The notes beneath the pieces were generated by a model. That model ran no database searches and had not been told where the DNA came from. It was given only the letters and a program-made list of their open reading frames with translations. Source: a virus. From it: DNA of 64,000 nucleotides. Every line of letters begins with the position of its first letter. The first letter of the stretch is position 1. Positions 36,839 to 45,887 of the stretch are shown piece after piece. The DNA lies in IMG/VR virus record IMGVR_UViG_3300047496_000262, positions 1 to 64,000 of that record; one strand, written 5' to 3'. The position numbers were made by a program, and so were the translations under genes.

Positions 36839-37288
36839 CTAGCTGGCCTTGCGGAGCGTCGCTTTCGTCACAGGTGCCTCAGCGGCAGGTGCCGGCGCGG
36901 CAGGTGCCTCAGCGGCGGGTGCCGGCGCGGCAGGTGCTTCGACGATAGGCGTGCGGTAAGGTGCTTCAAATTCTTCTATCTTATCGCTGTACCATTTCAC
37001 TTTCGCCGCATTCTCTTCTCTGTCCTTACGAGAGCGAGTCGCGTCATCGACGACGGCTTGGCAACGGGTGATGTGCGCGCGGTACGCGGCAATCGTGCCG
37101 CTGTGGGGATTCTTCACAGTGGAAGGCTTCGTAGCCGTGCTGGCTTGTGCCGTCGGCATGACGATCAGCAAAGAGCCGGGGAGGGAAGCGAAAGTGTAGG
37201 CGCGGGCGCCGACGATAGGCGATTTCACGCTTTCGATGTCGCTCGCGTCAAGGATGGCGCGAAGTGTGGAGGCGAGCAATTCAGACAT
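36839..37288 (-). CDS. Truncated paralogue of the C-terminal part of the beta-clamp-like protein
   Basis: TFASLPGSLLIVMP / GTIAAYRAHITR / LRKAS versus TFGGVPNAALILMP / GTLAALRAHETR / YRKAS in 20213-21388; RBS GAAAGGAAAC. Confidence 0.7.
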   Translation of the reverse strand: MSELLASTLRAILDASDIESVKSPIVGARAYTFASLPGSLLIVMPTAQASTATKPSTVKNPHSGTIAAYRAHITRCQAVVDDATRSRKDREENAAKVKWYSDKIEEFEAPYRTPIVEAPAAPAPAAEAPAAPAPAAEAPVTKATLRKAS

Positions 37289-37393
37289 GATGTTTCCTTT
37301 CAGATTGTGCCGGTGCAGGATGCAGCGGCTGGCTTCGTGCTGATCGCACGCCACTAGGCTAGCTGTAAGGCCAGCCTAGAAGCCTGCGATCAG

Positions 37394-37621
37394 TCAGGCA
37401 CGTCGATACGAAGGATCGAAATCGAACGCCTTGATGCCAGCCATACGCGCGCGGCTGTACTTGGCGCGCATGCCGCACAGGCGGAGCAAGGTAATCTCAG
37501 TCAGCGTGAGCGGGATTTCATACTTCGGCTGTGGCGCGGCCTTCGTGATGCAGAAGGAGAGGGAAAGCCTGCCGATTTGGACGAAGCGCAAGCCGCCGAC
37601 TTTGAATGTACGAAGGCGCAT
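37394..37621 (-). CDS. Small basic phage protein
   Basis: KVGGLRFVQIGRLSLSFC motif; RBS GGAAAGGA. Confidence 0.7.
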   Translation of the reverse strand: MRLRTFKVGGLRFVQIGRLSLSFCITKAAPQPKYEIPLTLTEITLLRLCGMRAKYSRARMAGIKAFDFDPSYRRA

Positions 37622-37830
37622 TGGATTATCCTTTCCTATTGGTTGCCGCTGCCGGGTGGTTAGCGGGATCAGCGTCTTGCCGATAACGAGAATGTACGCG
37701 ATGAACGGATGGCAGTCAATAGGAAATATCGACGGCAGGGAGATTATTATATGGCGTGTCGATATCGCAGGGATGAAATCGACGTGCAATCAGCGCATAG
37801 CGCGGCGCAAGGTCATGCAAAGATCGCCAC

Positions 37831-37859
37831 TTGCGTTTACGCGAGTCGCGTGGTATAAT
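37831..37859 (+). promoter_or_regulatory. Near-consensus sigma70 promoter ahead of the morphogenesis operon, with operator
   Basis: TTGCGT-N17-TATAAT with extended -10 TG; TTGCGTTTACGCGA at 37831-37844. Confidence 0.75.
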
Positions 37860-38121
37860 TAGAGGGGGGGTGCTTTGTTTGTGGGATTCGCGCGGCTGGC
37901 CTATACCATCCCCCGCAGTCACCAAACGCGAAAGGCGCCCGTGTCAGTGTCCATACTCTCATGGTGTTCAGTATTCGGCGCGTAATGGTGTTCCGCCTGA
38001 GCCCGTGTCGCTGTCCGGTCGATTGCGCGCCTTGGCATTTCCGGCCCCCGGTGGTTCCGCTTCTCGCTTGTGTGCGAAAAAAAAATTGACCTATAAAGGG
38101 GTGTCACGTTTGGAGGTTCCG

Positions 38122-38919
38122 ATGGCTGAGAATGGTGATTCTGCGAATGAGCCGATGTTGTCGCGTCGGGCTGGATCGCCGGGTGGTGCGGTTTCGCTGA
38201 CACAGGTGTTGGCGGCGGTTGAGCGGCATGCGGGATATTTGGCGGGTGCGTCGGATGATCTGCGGGTTCCGTATGGGGATTTGGTGCATTTTCTGGGGAT
38301 GAATGGGTATTCGGAACGGTTTTTGGAGCGGTTTGAGGCGTACCGGGAGGAGGCTTGCGAGGCGGCGTTGTTTCGGCTGGTTAGGCAGGGCAATGCTGAG
38401 GCGGCGGTATTTTGGGCGGAACGGGCGGAACGGCGGGCTACTGGTTCGGTGACGGCGTCTGGTGATGCGTCGGGGGATTTGGCGGGGTTGCTGGAGGATG
38501 CGGCGCGGCGGGTGCCGGCGCTGGGGTGGAAGTTGTATGAGGCGCTGGGGCGGGTGCTGGACGAGGTCGATCCGGGGATGCGGGAGCGGCCGGATGGGTT
38601 GGCCCCGAGGGGGATGGCTGAGGCGGTGCAGGGGGCTGCGGATCCGGAGCGGGGGCAGGTTGCGTTGCCGGCGGTGTGGCATTTCTACTGCCCGGATGGG
38701 GAGGGGATCCTGGGTGTCCCGATGGGATGGTATGGCGAGGTGGCGTACCGGAAGGCATCGGGTCTGATCCCCGAGCCGTTATCGTTGGAGGCGGGGCTGT
38801 CGTATCATCAGGGGGCGGTGATTAGGCTGTGCCGGTCGCATGATGGGTGGGTGCCGCGGTCGAAAGCGCAATTGCCGGAGATGACGCTACCGAAGAATTT
38901 GGTGTATATCGTTTCCTGA
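38122..38919 (+). CDS. Second TerS-like protein with an extra C-terminal domain
   Basis: N-terminal half aligns by eye with 23071-23424 (EAALFRLVRQGNAEAAVFW versus ETMLMQLVKKGNFPALCFY). Confidence 0.55.
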   Translation: MAENGDSANEPMLSRRAGSPGGAVSLTQVLAAVERHAGYLAGASDDLRVPYGDLVHFLGMNGYSERFLERFEAYREEACEAALFRLVRQGNAEAAVFWAERAERRATGSVTASGDASGDLAGLLEDAARRVPALGWKLYEALGRVLDEVDPGMRERPDGLAPRGMAEAVQGAADPERGQVALPAVWHFYCPDGEGILGVPMGWYGEVAYRKASGLIPEPLSLEAGLSYHQGAVIRLCRSHDGWVPRSKAQLPEMTLPKNLVYIVS

Positions 38920-38949
38920 CAGATCGGCCCCTAGACGAAGGCCCGCCCG

Positions 38950-40662
38950 TTGTTCAGGAAAATTTCGGCCAAGATTGAATATCCGCAATGGGCGAGGCGC
39001 GATGAGCGGTACCGCCGGCTGGATGTGCTTGACCGGTTGCTGGACGGGACGTTTTACGACCATCTGCGGCATGCGTTTTACGATGAGACCGACCGGAAGG
39101 ATCCCAAGGGTGAGATCATCGCCCTGGAGGACCGGCGGCCGTCGACGCAGTTCCGGTTGCCCCGGATGGTGGCGCGGCAGACCTCGCGGAAGCTCTTTTC
39201 CGGGCGGCACATTCCCCGCATCCGGCATAAGGACAAGAAGGCGGCCCGGGCGATTGAGCGGTTGCTGATTGATTGCCGGTTCTGGAGCAAGTTCCGCGAG
39301 GCGTGTTTGCGCGGGTCGGTCGGGTCCATCGCGATGACGTTCTGTGCGACCGATGACGGATCGGTGGCGATCGACGTGTGGCAGGCCAAGTTCTGCCGGC
39401 CGATGTTCGACCGGCGGCAGGAACTGACCGGGTTGCGGGTGCATTACGTGACCCAAGGGTCGGAGCTTCGCGATCTGGGGATGAAGGTCGATAAGCCCGG
39501 TGACCAGTATTGGTACGTGAAGGATTATTACCCCGACCGCGAGGCGACCTATGTGCCGGTGCCGGCGGGGGAGTGGAACCCGGTCGATGGGTTCAACGAT
39601 CCGATGCGGGTCTTTGAGGTCCACTACGAGTGCGTGACCGATCTGGGCTTCGTGCCGGGCGTGTGGATCAGGAACCTGGAGACCGGGACCTTTCCCGACG
39701 GATCCTGCACCTGGGAAGATGCCATCCCCGATGCGATCGAACTGGATTACACGCTGAGCCAGGTTGGCCGCGGGGTGCGGTATAATTCGGCACCGCAACT
39801 GGTGGTGACCGGCGAAATCCAGAACCATAACGATCAGGATGGGCCGGTGTTGCGCGGGCCGTCGACCTATATCCACCTGAACGCGGCCCGCAAGACCGAT
39901 GGCGGCGACGATCAGGAAGGGGCCGGATCGGCGAAGCTGCTGGAGATGACCGGTTCCGGCGTCGAGGCGGCGTTGAAGCTGGTGGAATCCTTGCGGAAAT
40001 ACGCCCTGGAGCAGATCGAGGCCTTTCGCAAGGATCCCGAACACATGACCCGCGTCGTGTCCGGTCGGGCGATGGAGTTCCTGGACGAGGAATCCAACGA
40101 TCTGGTGGCCGATCTCCGGTCCTGCTATGGCGAATATGGGGCCTTGCCGATGATCAAGAAGATCATCCAGGCCTTGCGCGTGATCGGCGGGTGCCCGCCC
40201 GAACTGATGACGCTTGACCTGAAAGGCATCTCGCTCCTCTGGCCCCGGCAGTTCCAGCCGACGCCGCAGGATTTGCAGATGATGATGCCGGCCATCGGCC
40301 AGGCCATGGATCCGTTGGGGATTGCGGCCAATATCGGCGGCGAAAACCGCACCGGCCCCGATGGCGGCCAGGGGCCCGACCCCGACAACGATGCAAGGCT
40401 GCTGAAGATGATCGAAGAGACCCAGTTGATCACCCGCGACGAAGCCAGGGCCTATCTGGCGGCGAACATGGATCTGGGTATCCTGGACGATCCCGAGGAA
40501 GGCGAGCCCGACGACGACCCCAGCGAGCGGCACGAGCCCGATCCCGATGGCGACGGGCCACAGCCCAACCCGGTCGAAGAACCGGCCGACGGTTCGGATG
40601 AAGGCGGCGGCCAGTTGTTCGTGGGTGCCCCCGCCCCGGTGCGCGAAAGCGGCCGGACGTGA
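38950..40662 (+). CDS. Portal protein
   Basis: 570 aa, first head gene; HDLGFVP-like TDLGFVPGVWIRNL, IELDYTLSQVGRGVRYNSAPQLV, SGRAME; acidic tail. Confidence 0.85.
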   Translation: MFRKISAKIEYPQWARRDERYRRLDVLDRLLDGTFYDHLRHAFYDETDRKDPKGEIIALEDRRPSTQFRLPRMVARQTSRKLFSGRHIPRIRHKDKKAARAIERLLIDCRFWSKFREACLRGSVGSIAMTFCATDDGSVAIDVWQAKFCRPMFDRRQELTGLRVHYVTQGSELRDLGMKVDKPGDQYWYVKDYYPDREATYVPVPAGEWNPVDGFNDPMRVFEVHYECVTDLGFVPGVWIRNLETGTFPDGSCTWEDAIPDAIELDYTLSQVGRGVRYNSAPQLVVTGEIQNHNDQDGPVLRGPSTYIHLNAARKTDGGDDQEGAGSAKLLEMTGSGVEAALKLVESLRKYALEQIEAFRKDPEHMTRVVSGRAMEFLDEESNDLVADLRSCYGEYGALPMIKKIIQALRVIGGCPPELMTLDLKGISLLWPRQFQPTPQDLQMMMPAIGQAMDPLGIAANIGGENRTGPDGGQGPDPDNDARLLKMIEETQLITRDEARAYLAANMDLGILDDPEEGEPDDDPSERHEPDPDGDGPQPNPVEEPADGSDEGGGQLFVGAPAPVRESGRT

Positions 40663-41120
40663 CCGTCATCGCCTATCGCGACGGCGTGCTGGCGACCGAT
40701 TCGATGCAGGTGCAAGGGGCGCTGCGTGTCGGATTCCACAGCAAGATCGTCGAGGCCCCGGACGGCTCCATCGGCGCGGCGTCAGGCCTGGGCTCGGCCT
40801 GTCAGGCGTTCGGCAAATGGTTCCAGACCTGGAACGGGGATCACGACCACGTCGCCAATCCGTTCACCGGCGGGAATGACTGGGCCGCGATGATCATCCG
40901 GCCCGATCTTTCCGTGTGGAACCTGGATAGCGACCTCCACTGGCATCTCTATCACGGCATGCGGTTCTATGCCGACGGCGAAGGCACCGCCCGCTGCATC
41001 GCCATCGGTGCCATGGAAATGGGGGCGACCGCGGAACAGGCGGTCCAAGCCGCCATCAGGCACAGCGTCCATGTCGGCGGGCCAGTCTGCTGGCGCAAAG
41101 TCAGCGAGGTGATGTTTTGA
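40659..41120 (+). CDS. HslV/proteasome-beta-like Ntn-hydrolase
   Basis: MTVIAYRDGVLATDS...SKI...A.G.G...AIGAMEMGATAEQAVQAA. Confidence 0.8.
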   Translation: MTVIAYRDGVLATDSMQVQGALRVGFHSKIVEAPDGSIGAASGLGSACQAFGKWFQTWNGDHDHVANPFTGGNDWAAMIIRPDLSVWNLDSDLHWHLYHGMRFYADGEGTARCIAIGAMEMGATAEQAVQAAIRHSVHVGGPVCWRKVSEVMF

Positions 41121-41524
41121 ACGATCCGCCCATCCTTACCCCCGTCCGCATCAACCTGCCGGTCCCGCTGATCGGCGGCAAGGCCTGGCTGCTGGAGAAA
41201 AAGGGCACCTATATCCTGGAGGAAGGCCCCGGCGTCTGCATCACCATCGCCTGCACCCATGCCGGCAGCGGGTCGATGATGTTCCGCGACGGGGTGCCCA
41301 ACGATGCCGGGTTCTTCCCCGAGTTCGAGGAAGCCAGCGAGGCCGACAAGATCGCTGCCCCCGGCCGGATCTTCTATCGCGCCAACCCCATCGTCATGGG
41401 ATCCTGGATGCTGAACGCCGGTTTCATGAACGGGCTGACCGTCGAATACAAAGGCGGCCACGATTCCGCCCCCTGCTACGCCTCGATCGTCTGGCAGGCC
41501 TTCAAGCGCCGGCAACAGGGCTGA
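41117..41524 (+). CDS. Hypothetical beta-rich protein (paralogue of 42052-42372)
   Basis: GSWMLNAGFMNGLTVE. Confidence 0.65.
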   Translation: MNDPPILTPVRINLPVPLIGGKAWLLEKKGTYILEEGPGVCITIACTHAGSGSMMFRDGVPNDAGFFPEFEEASEADKIAAPGRIFYRANPIVMGSWMLNAGFMNGLTVEYKGGHDSAPCYASIVWQAFKRRQQG

Positions 41525-41528
41525 CGCC

Positions 41529-41765
41529 GTGGCGGAACAGCCCAAGCTTTTGCGGATCCCGACCACGTTTCGATCGGTCGAAGACGTGCTGGAATGCGCC
41601 AAGAAGATGGATCTGCCGAACGTCGTGGTGCTGTCCGAGCGCGAAAATGGCTCGCTGGTCATGCTGACGGACAATGTTTGCACCCTGGCCTCCTGCAACT
41701 GGCTGCTCGACCGCATGAAAATGGCGATGCTACTGCCCGACGCCCATCATCGCACTGAGACCTGA
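41529..41765 (+). CDS. Hypothetical protein
   Basis: Coding-like ORF in the operon. Confidence 0.65.
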   Translation: MAEQPKLLRIPTTFRSVEDVLECAKKMDLPNVVVLSERENGSLVMLTDNVCTLASCNWLLDRMKMAMLLPDAHHRTET

Positions 41766-41773
41766 GCGCGATC

Positions 41774-42055
41774 ATGCCCGCCACCACCAGGAAGAAGCTC
41801 CGCAGCCGCAAGGCCCATTACGTCTTCGTGCCGCTCGCCCTGATCAAGGATGGCCCGCCGCTGGGCTTCACCTCGTGGAAACAGCCGGGCGCCATCCTGC
41901 AATTCCTCCGCCAGCGCAAGATCGACGCCGAGGAGTTCGTCAACTGGACCAAGGAGCGCATCGGCGGGGCCGGATCGCCCCATATCGGCTATCGGCTGTA
42001 CTTCATCGGCCCCGAACCGACCGAAAAACAGCGCCAGCGGTTCCTGACCCCGTGA
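41774..42055 (+). CDS. Hypothetical protein
   Basis: Coding-like ORF, GTGA-coupled downstream. Confidence 0.6.
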   Translation: MPATTRKKLRSRKAHYVFVPLALIKDGPPLGFTSWKQPGAILQFLRQRKIDAEEFVNWTKERIGGAGSPHIGYRLYFIGPEPTEKQRQRFLTP

Positions 42056-42372
42056 TTCCCATCGTCGACATGATGGTGCCGTGCTGCCCAGGCTCGCTCA
42101 CCCGGTCGGTGCAGATCGTGAAGGCGGGGAAATTCCGCATTTCCAGGCGGCATGCCGAGCTTTATTCGGTCCAGATCGTCTCATCGGGCTCGTGGGGCCG
42201 CGCCAGGGTGACCGACGCCCAGGGACGCGTCATCTGGTACCAGCCCTCCACCTTCACCGGCTCGTTTGCGCTGGGTGCAGGCTGCGAAAATGGCATCATC
42301 GTCGAATTATCCGGCACCAATGCCATGAATTTCACGATAAACTTCAGAGAACAAACCGAAGAGATGGTCTAA
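42052..42372 (+). CDS. Hypothetical beta-rich protein
   Basis: GSFALGAGCENGIIVE. Confidence 0.6.
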   Translation: MIPIVDMMVPCCPGSLTRSVQIVKAGKFRISRRHAELYSVQIVSSGSWGRARVTDAQGRVIWYQPSTFTGSFALGAGCENGIIVELSGTNAMNFTINFREQTEEMV

Positions 42373-42621
42373 ATGGCGAAAAACCCCAAATCAGGGCCGA
42401 AAGACCCGGTCCCGGTCGAAATCATCTCGCCGATCATCGGCACGATCTCGTATCTGTCGATTCCGGATGGAAATACCGTCGTCCAAGGCGAAGAAATCTG
42501 TCAGATTGAGTGCATGAAGACATTTTATCCTGTATATGCGCCAAAGGACGGCAAACTGCGCTACCGGTTGATGCTGGGCGACATGGTTTCAGACGGCGAA
42601 GTGATTGCGGAAATCATCTAA
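42373..42621 (+). CDS. Biotinyl/lipoyl attachment domain protein (BCCP-like)
   Basis: IISPIIGT...G..V.QGEEICQIECMKTFYPVYAPKDG...GDMVSDGEVIAEI, with ECMK at the EAMK biotinylation motif. Confidence 0.85.
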   Translation: MAKNPKSGPKDPVPVEIISPIIGTISYLSIPDGNTVVQGEEICQIECMKTFYPVYAPKDGKLRYRLMLGDMVSDGEVIAEII

Positions 42622-42651
42622 ACCCGCCCCTAGCGGCGCCAAAGGACCCCA

Positions 42652-43377
42652 ATGACCCAGCAATCCATCACCAATTATCAGACAGCCCCGGTCATCGTCC
42701 CGTTTGCCCAGCAATCGAAGCTGCTGGATCGCGTCTCCACGGTCCCTTACGAGGGCATCTGGACGCCGATGATGTTTCCCAAGACCGTCGCCATCGAATG
42801 CGTGGGCTCGTGGTCGACCGTCAACGTCAATCTTGTGGTCAGTTGCGCGCTGGAGATCCCGAACAACACCGTGACGGTCACCGTCGGCGGCACCATCCAT
42901 ACCGGCGACAATCTGAACGTCACCTTCGGCAACGCCCTGCTGACCAATGCGACGCAGACCATCACCTATGTGGTGCAGGCGGGCGATACGATCACCACCG
43001 CGGCGGCGGCGCTGGCCGCCCTGATCTCGGTCCATCCCAATCTGGCGCAGTGCGGCTATCAGGCGACCTCGGTGGCCGGTGCGATCAGCATCACCTTCCC
43101 GTCCAACGCCACCAACCTGCCGAACAACGCCAATTATCTGGGATCTCCCCTGACCCCGCCCGCCAACAACACCCAGTTCAGCATCTCGGTCACCGGCACC
43201 GGCGCCACCACCACGCTGACCTATGCCAACGGCACCGACGGGACGCCGATCACGCCGTCGCTGACCAGTAACACGACCCAGAACATTCAGGCGGCCTATC
43301 GCTACATCAAGGCGCGGCTGACCACGCTGACCGGGTCAAACGCCTATGTCGATGTCAACCTGGCCGGCAACGGCTAA
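42652..43377 (+). CDS. Virion structural protein (Thr-rich, shared domain)
   Basis: TVGGTIHTGDNLNVTF...ITYVVQAGDTITTAAAALAALI. Confidence 0.7.
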   Translation: MTQQSITNYQTAPVIVPFAQQSKLLDRVSTVPYEGIWTPMMFPKTVAIECVGSWSTVNVNLVVSCALEIPNNTVTVTVGGTIHTGDNLNVTFGNALLTNATQTITYVVQAGDTITTAAAALAALISVHPNLAQCGYQATSVAGAISITFPSNATNLPNNANYLGSPLTPPANNTQFSISVTGTGATTTLTYANGTDGTPITPSLTSNTTQNIQAAYRYIKARLTTLTGSNAYVDVNLAGNG

Positions 43378-43395
43378 CCACGAAGGAGATCAGCG

Positions 43396-44163
43396 TTGCC
43401 TTATTCACCGAAATTCGGGCGCGGCCTGTGGCGGCCCTCGCTGATGGCGCTGACCGCCGAGGGCGATCCGCCGGCACCGGCCGGCGGCACCCCGGCCCCG
43501 CAGCGCGTGATCATCGAACACCAGCATGCCGCCCCGCCGACGCCGCCCGCGCCACCCGCCCCCGCGGCACCGCCCGCCCAGCCTGCGCACACCAAGAGCA
43601 TCAGCGATTACGAGCGCGATATCGCCGATGCCCGTGCCGATGCCGCGGCCAACCGGATTTCGGCCCGGAATGCGACCGAACAGGTGCAGGCGGCGCAGGC
43701 CCAGATTGAGCAGATCCGCCAGGAAACCGACCGCCGGATCGCCGAGGCCACGACGCCGCTGACCCAGCGGCAGACCAAGTTGCTGGAACGCCTGTCGATG
43801 ACCGAGCTAAAGGCCGAAGCGGCCAAGGCCGGGCTCGTCGACATGGACCTGTTGCCACTGATCGACCGGTCCAAGATCAGCGTTACCGATGACGGCGAGG
43901 TGACCGGCGTGGCCGAGGCGGTGGCCCAGTTCAAGCAGTCGAAACCCAGCTATTTTCAGGCCGCCACCACCGGCCAGCCCGCGCCGGCTTCGCCGCCCGC
44001 GCCCCAGCCGCTTCCCCGGGCCACGGGCGCTACCACGCCACCGCCCAATCCCACCCAAACCCCGCCCAGCACCGATGTCAGGGGCATGAACCGGGCCGAT
44101 TACGCCGCCTTTAAGCGCCAGGAGATCCAGCGCCTGACCGGCGTAACCACCGCACGGCGATAA
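43396..44163 (+). CDS. Capsid scaffolding protein
   Basis: Pro-rich ends, central coiled coil, ELKAEAAKAGLVDMDLL...KQSKPSYF; precedes the major capsid gene. Confidence 0.8.
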   Translation: MPYSPKFGRGLWRPSLMALTAEGDPPAPAGGTPAPQRVIIEHQHAAPPTPPAPPAPAAPPAQPAHTKSISDYERDIADARADAAANRISARNATEQVQAAQAQIEQIRQETDRRIAEATTPLTQRQTKLLERLSMTELKAEAAKAGLVDMDLLPLIDRSKISVTDDGEVTGVAEAVAQFKQSKPSYFQAATTGQPAPASPPAPQPLPRATGATTPPPNPTQTPPSTDVRGMNRADYAAFKRQEIQRLTGVTTARR

Positions 44164-44261
44164 ATGTAACGGTATTACACATAAATCGGGAACAAGCGGC
44201 ACTACGATCTGGTTGAAGTTCAAGAAGTTGTAGTTGCCGCCATCCCTGGAAGATGTTAATC

Positions 44262-44500
44262 CCCGAAATAAGAGCCGCTATCAGGGACAGGTGCCCGCAG
44301 GCGGACGGTCAGGTACCCGACGTTCGATAAGGCCATAGAAGCCCAAGTTCGAGCCCCGGCGCTTCCCGGGTTACCATACAGCCTCTGAGGTAGAGCCTCC
44401 GAGTCCCGGCGCCCGCGTTTCCGCGAGGCGAGCCCGTCCGGGATGGGCCAGGAGCCCGAAAGCCGAGATGCGCCAAAAAGGCGTGTCCTTGATCGTCTTT
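44262..44500 (+). ncRNA. Candidate structured RNA / long leader of the major capsid gene
   Basis: About 350 nt non-coding gap with serial hairpins (CCCGG..CCGGG, CGCG-tttc-CGCG, GCCCGTC-cgg-GATGGGC, ATGCGCC-aaaaa-GGCGTGT). Confidence 0.4.
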
Positions 44501-44516
44501 CTCGGAGATAGCTTCC

Positions 44517-45887
44517 ATGGGCTCGTTTACCAATTTCCCGACCGCGCTCGTTCCGATCCTCCAGACCGGCTTTCTGGAGCGCGAGTTTGAAGAGGGGCTG
44601 GATTCAGTCCTGGCCTATCGCCGCGAGAACCTGGAAGAGACGGTGCCGGTCCGCATCGGCGAGACCATCACCCGCACCAGGACGGGCCGCAAGACCCCGA
44701 TCTCCACCGCTATCACCCCGGCCAATAACACCGGCCTGGATAACGGCCTGACCTCCACCGACGCCGCGGTCGAGCAGTACAGCTTCACCATGCAGCAGTA
44801 CGCCGACACGACCGACGTGTCGCTGATGGATGATCTGGCCGGCATCGCCAACAACATCATCCGCGTCGCCCGCAATAACGGCGTCCAGGCCGCCCAGTCG
44901 CTGGAGCGCATCACCCGCAAAAAGCTGTTTTCCGCGTATCTAGGTGGCAACAGCCGGGTGCGCACCGATCTGGGGGCTTCGACCACGACCTCCTGCCATG
45001 TCGACGATGTCCGCGGGTTTCAGACGGTTCTGGTCAACGGCGTGGTCACCGCTGTCAGCGGCACCAATACCCTGACCGTGACCGAAACCAATGTCGGCGG
45101 CGCCGGTGTAAACCAGAACCTGACGGTGACCGGGTTTACCATCGACGGCACCAATTCATCGTCCTGCCCCGATGGCGTGTCCGGCACCATCACCTTCACC
45201 ACGGCCACCGCCCCGGTGAACGGCGATTCGCTGATCGCGCTGAACGCCGCGCAGATCATGCGCCCGTTCTCCCACGTCACCACGGCACAGATGACCGGTC
45301 AGGACGTACTGACCCTGGGTCTGGTCGAGGATGCGCTGGCACGGTTGCGCGATAACGCGGTGCCGCCGATGGATGACGGCACGTTCCATATCATCCTGGA
45401 CAACACCTCGATGCGGCAGCTTTGGGCCGATCAGGATTTCAAGATCCTGTATGCCGGCCGCAAGGATGCCAGCGAATACCGCGACGGCGATGTCATCATG
45501 CTGTTGGGCATGACCTTCATTCCGACGACGGAAGCCTATGTCCAGGTTGCCAATTCGTCCGCCGCCACCGGCTATTCGGCCAATAACGTCCGCGTGCGCC
45601 GACCGATCGTGCTGGGCGCGGAAGCCACCATCCAAGGCAATTTCGAGGGGCTGGAGCATTTCCTGGCCCGCGAAGGGGTGAACGCGATCGGCGAGGTCTT
45701 CATCGCCAACAACATCGCCCATATCATCCGCCCGCCGCTGGATCGGTTGCAGCAGACCCTGTCGCAGACCTGGGACTGGGTCGGCGATATCGCGGTACCG
45801 ACTGACACCACAGCGACCACAAACGTGATTCCCACCGCTACGAACGCCCTCTACAAGCGCGCGATCATCCTGGAGACGGCTGGTTAA
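44517..45887 (+). CDS. Major capsid protein (with Thr-rich insertion)
   Basis: ILQTGFLEREF...GETITRTR...EQYSFTMQQY...NGVQAAQSLERI...RPPLDRLQQ...YKRAIILE; position after the scaffold gene. Confidence 0.88.
   Translation: MGSFTNFPTALVPILQTGFLEREFEEGLDSVLAYRRENLEETVPVRIGETITRTRTGRKTPISTAITPANNTGLDNGLTSTDAAVEQYSFTMQQYADTTDVSLMDDLAGIANNIIRVARNNGVQAAQSLERITRKKLFSAYLGGNSRVRTDLGASTTTSCHVDDVRGFQTVLVNGVVTAVSGTNTLTVTETNVGGAGVNQNLTVTGFTIDGTNSSSCPDGVSGTITFTTATAPVNGDSLIALNAAQIMRPFSHVTTAQMTGQDVLTLGLVEDALARLRDNAVPPMDDGTFHIILDNTSMRQLWADQDFKILYAGRKDASEYRDGDVIMLLGMTFIPTTEAYVQVANSSAATGYSANNVRVRRPIVLGAEATIQGNFEGLEHFLAREGVNAIGEVFIANNIAHIIRPPLDRLQQTLSQTWDWVGDIAVPTDTTATTNVIPTATNALYKRAIILETAG

Noticed and set aside
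36871-36938. 30-nt tandem repeat
   Set aside because: It simply encodes the EAPAAPAPAA linker of the 36839-37288 protein.
38887-40533. Long antisense ORFs opposite portal, sheath, helicase and other genes
   Set aside because: Typical stop-poor antisense frames of high-GC coding DNA; the sense frames carry recognisable motifs.
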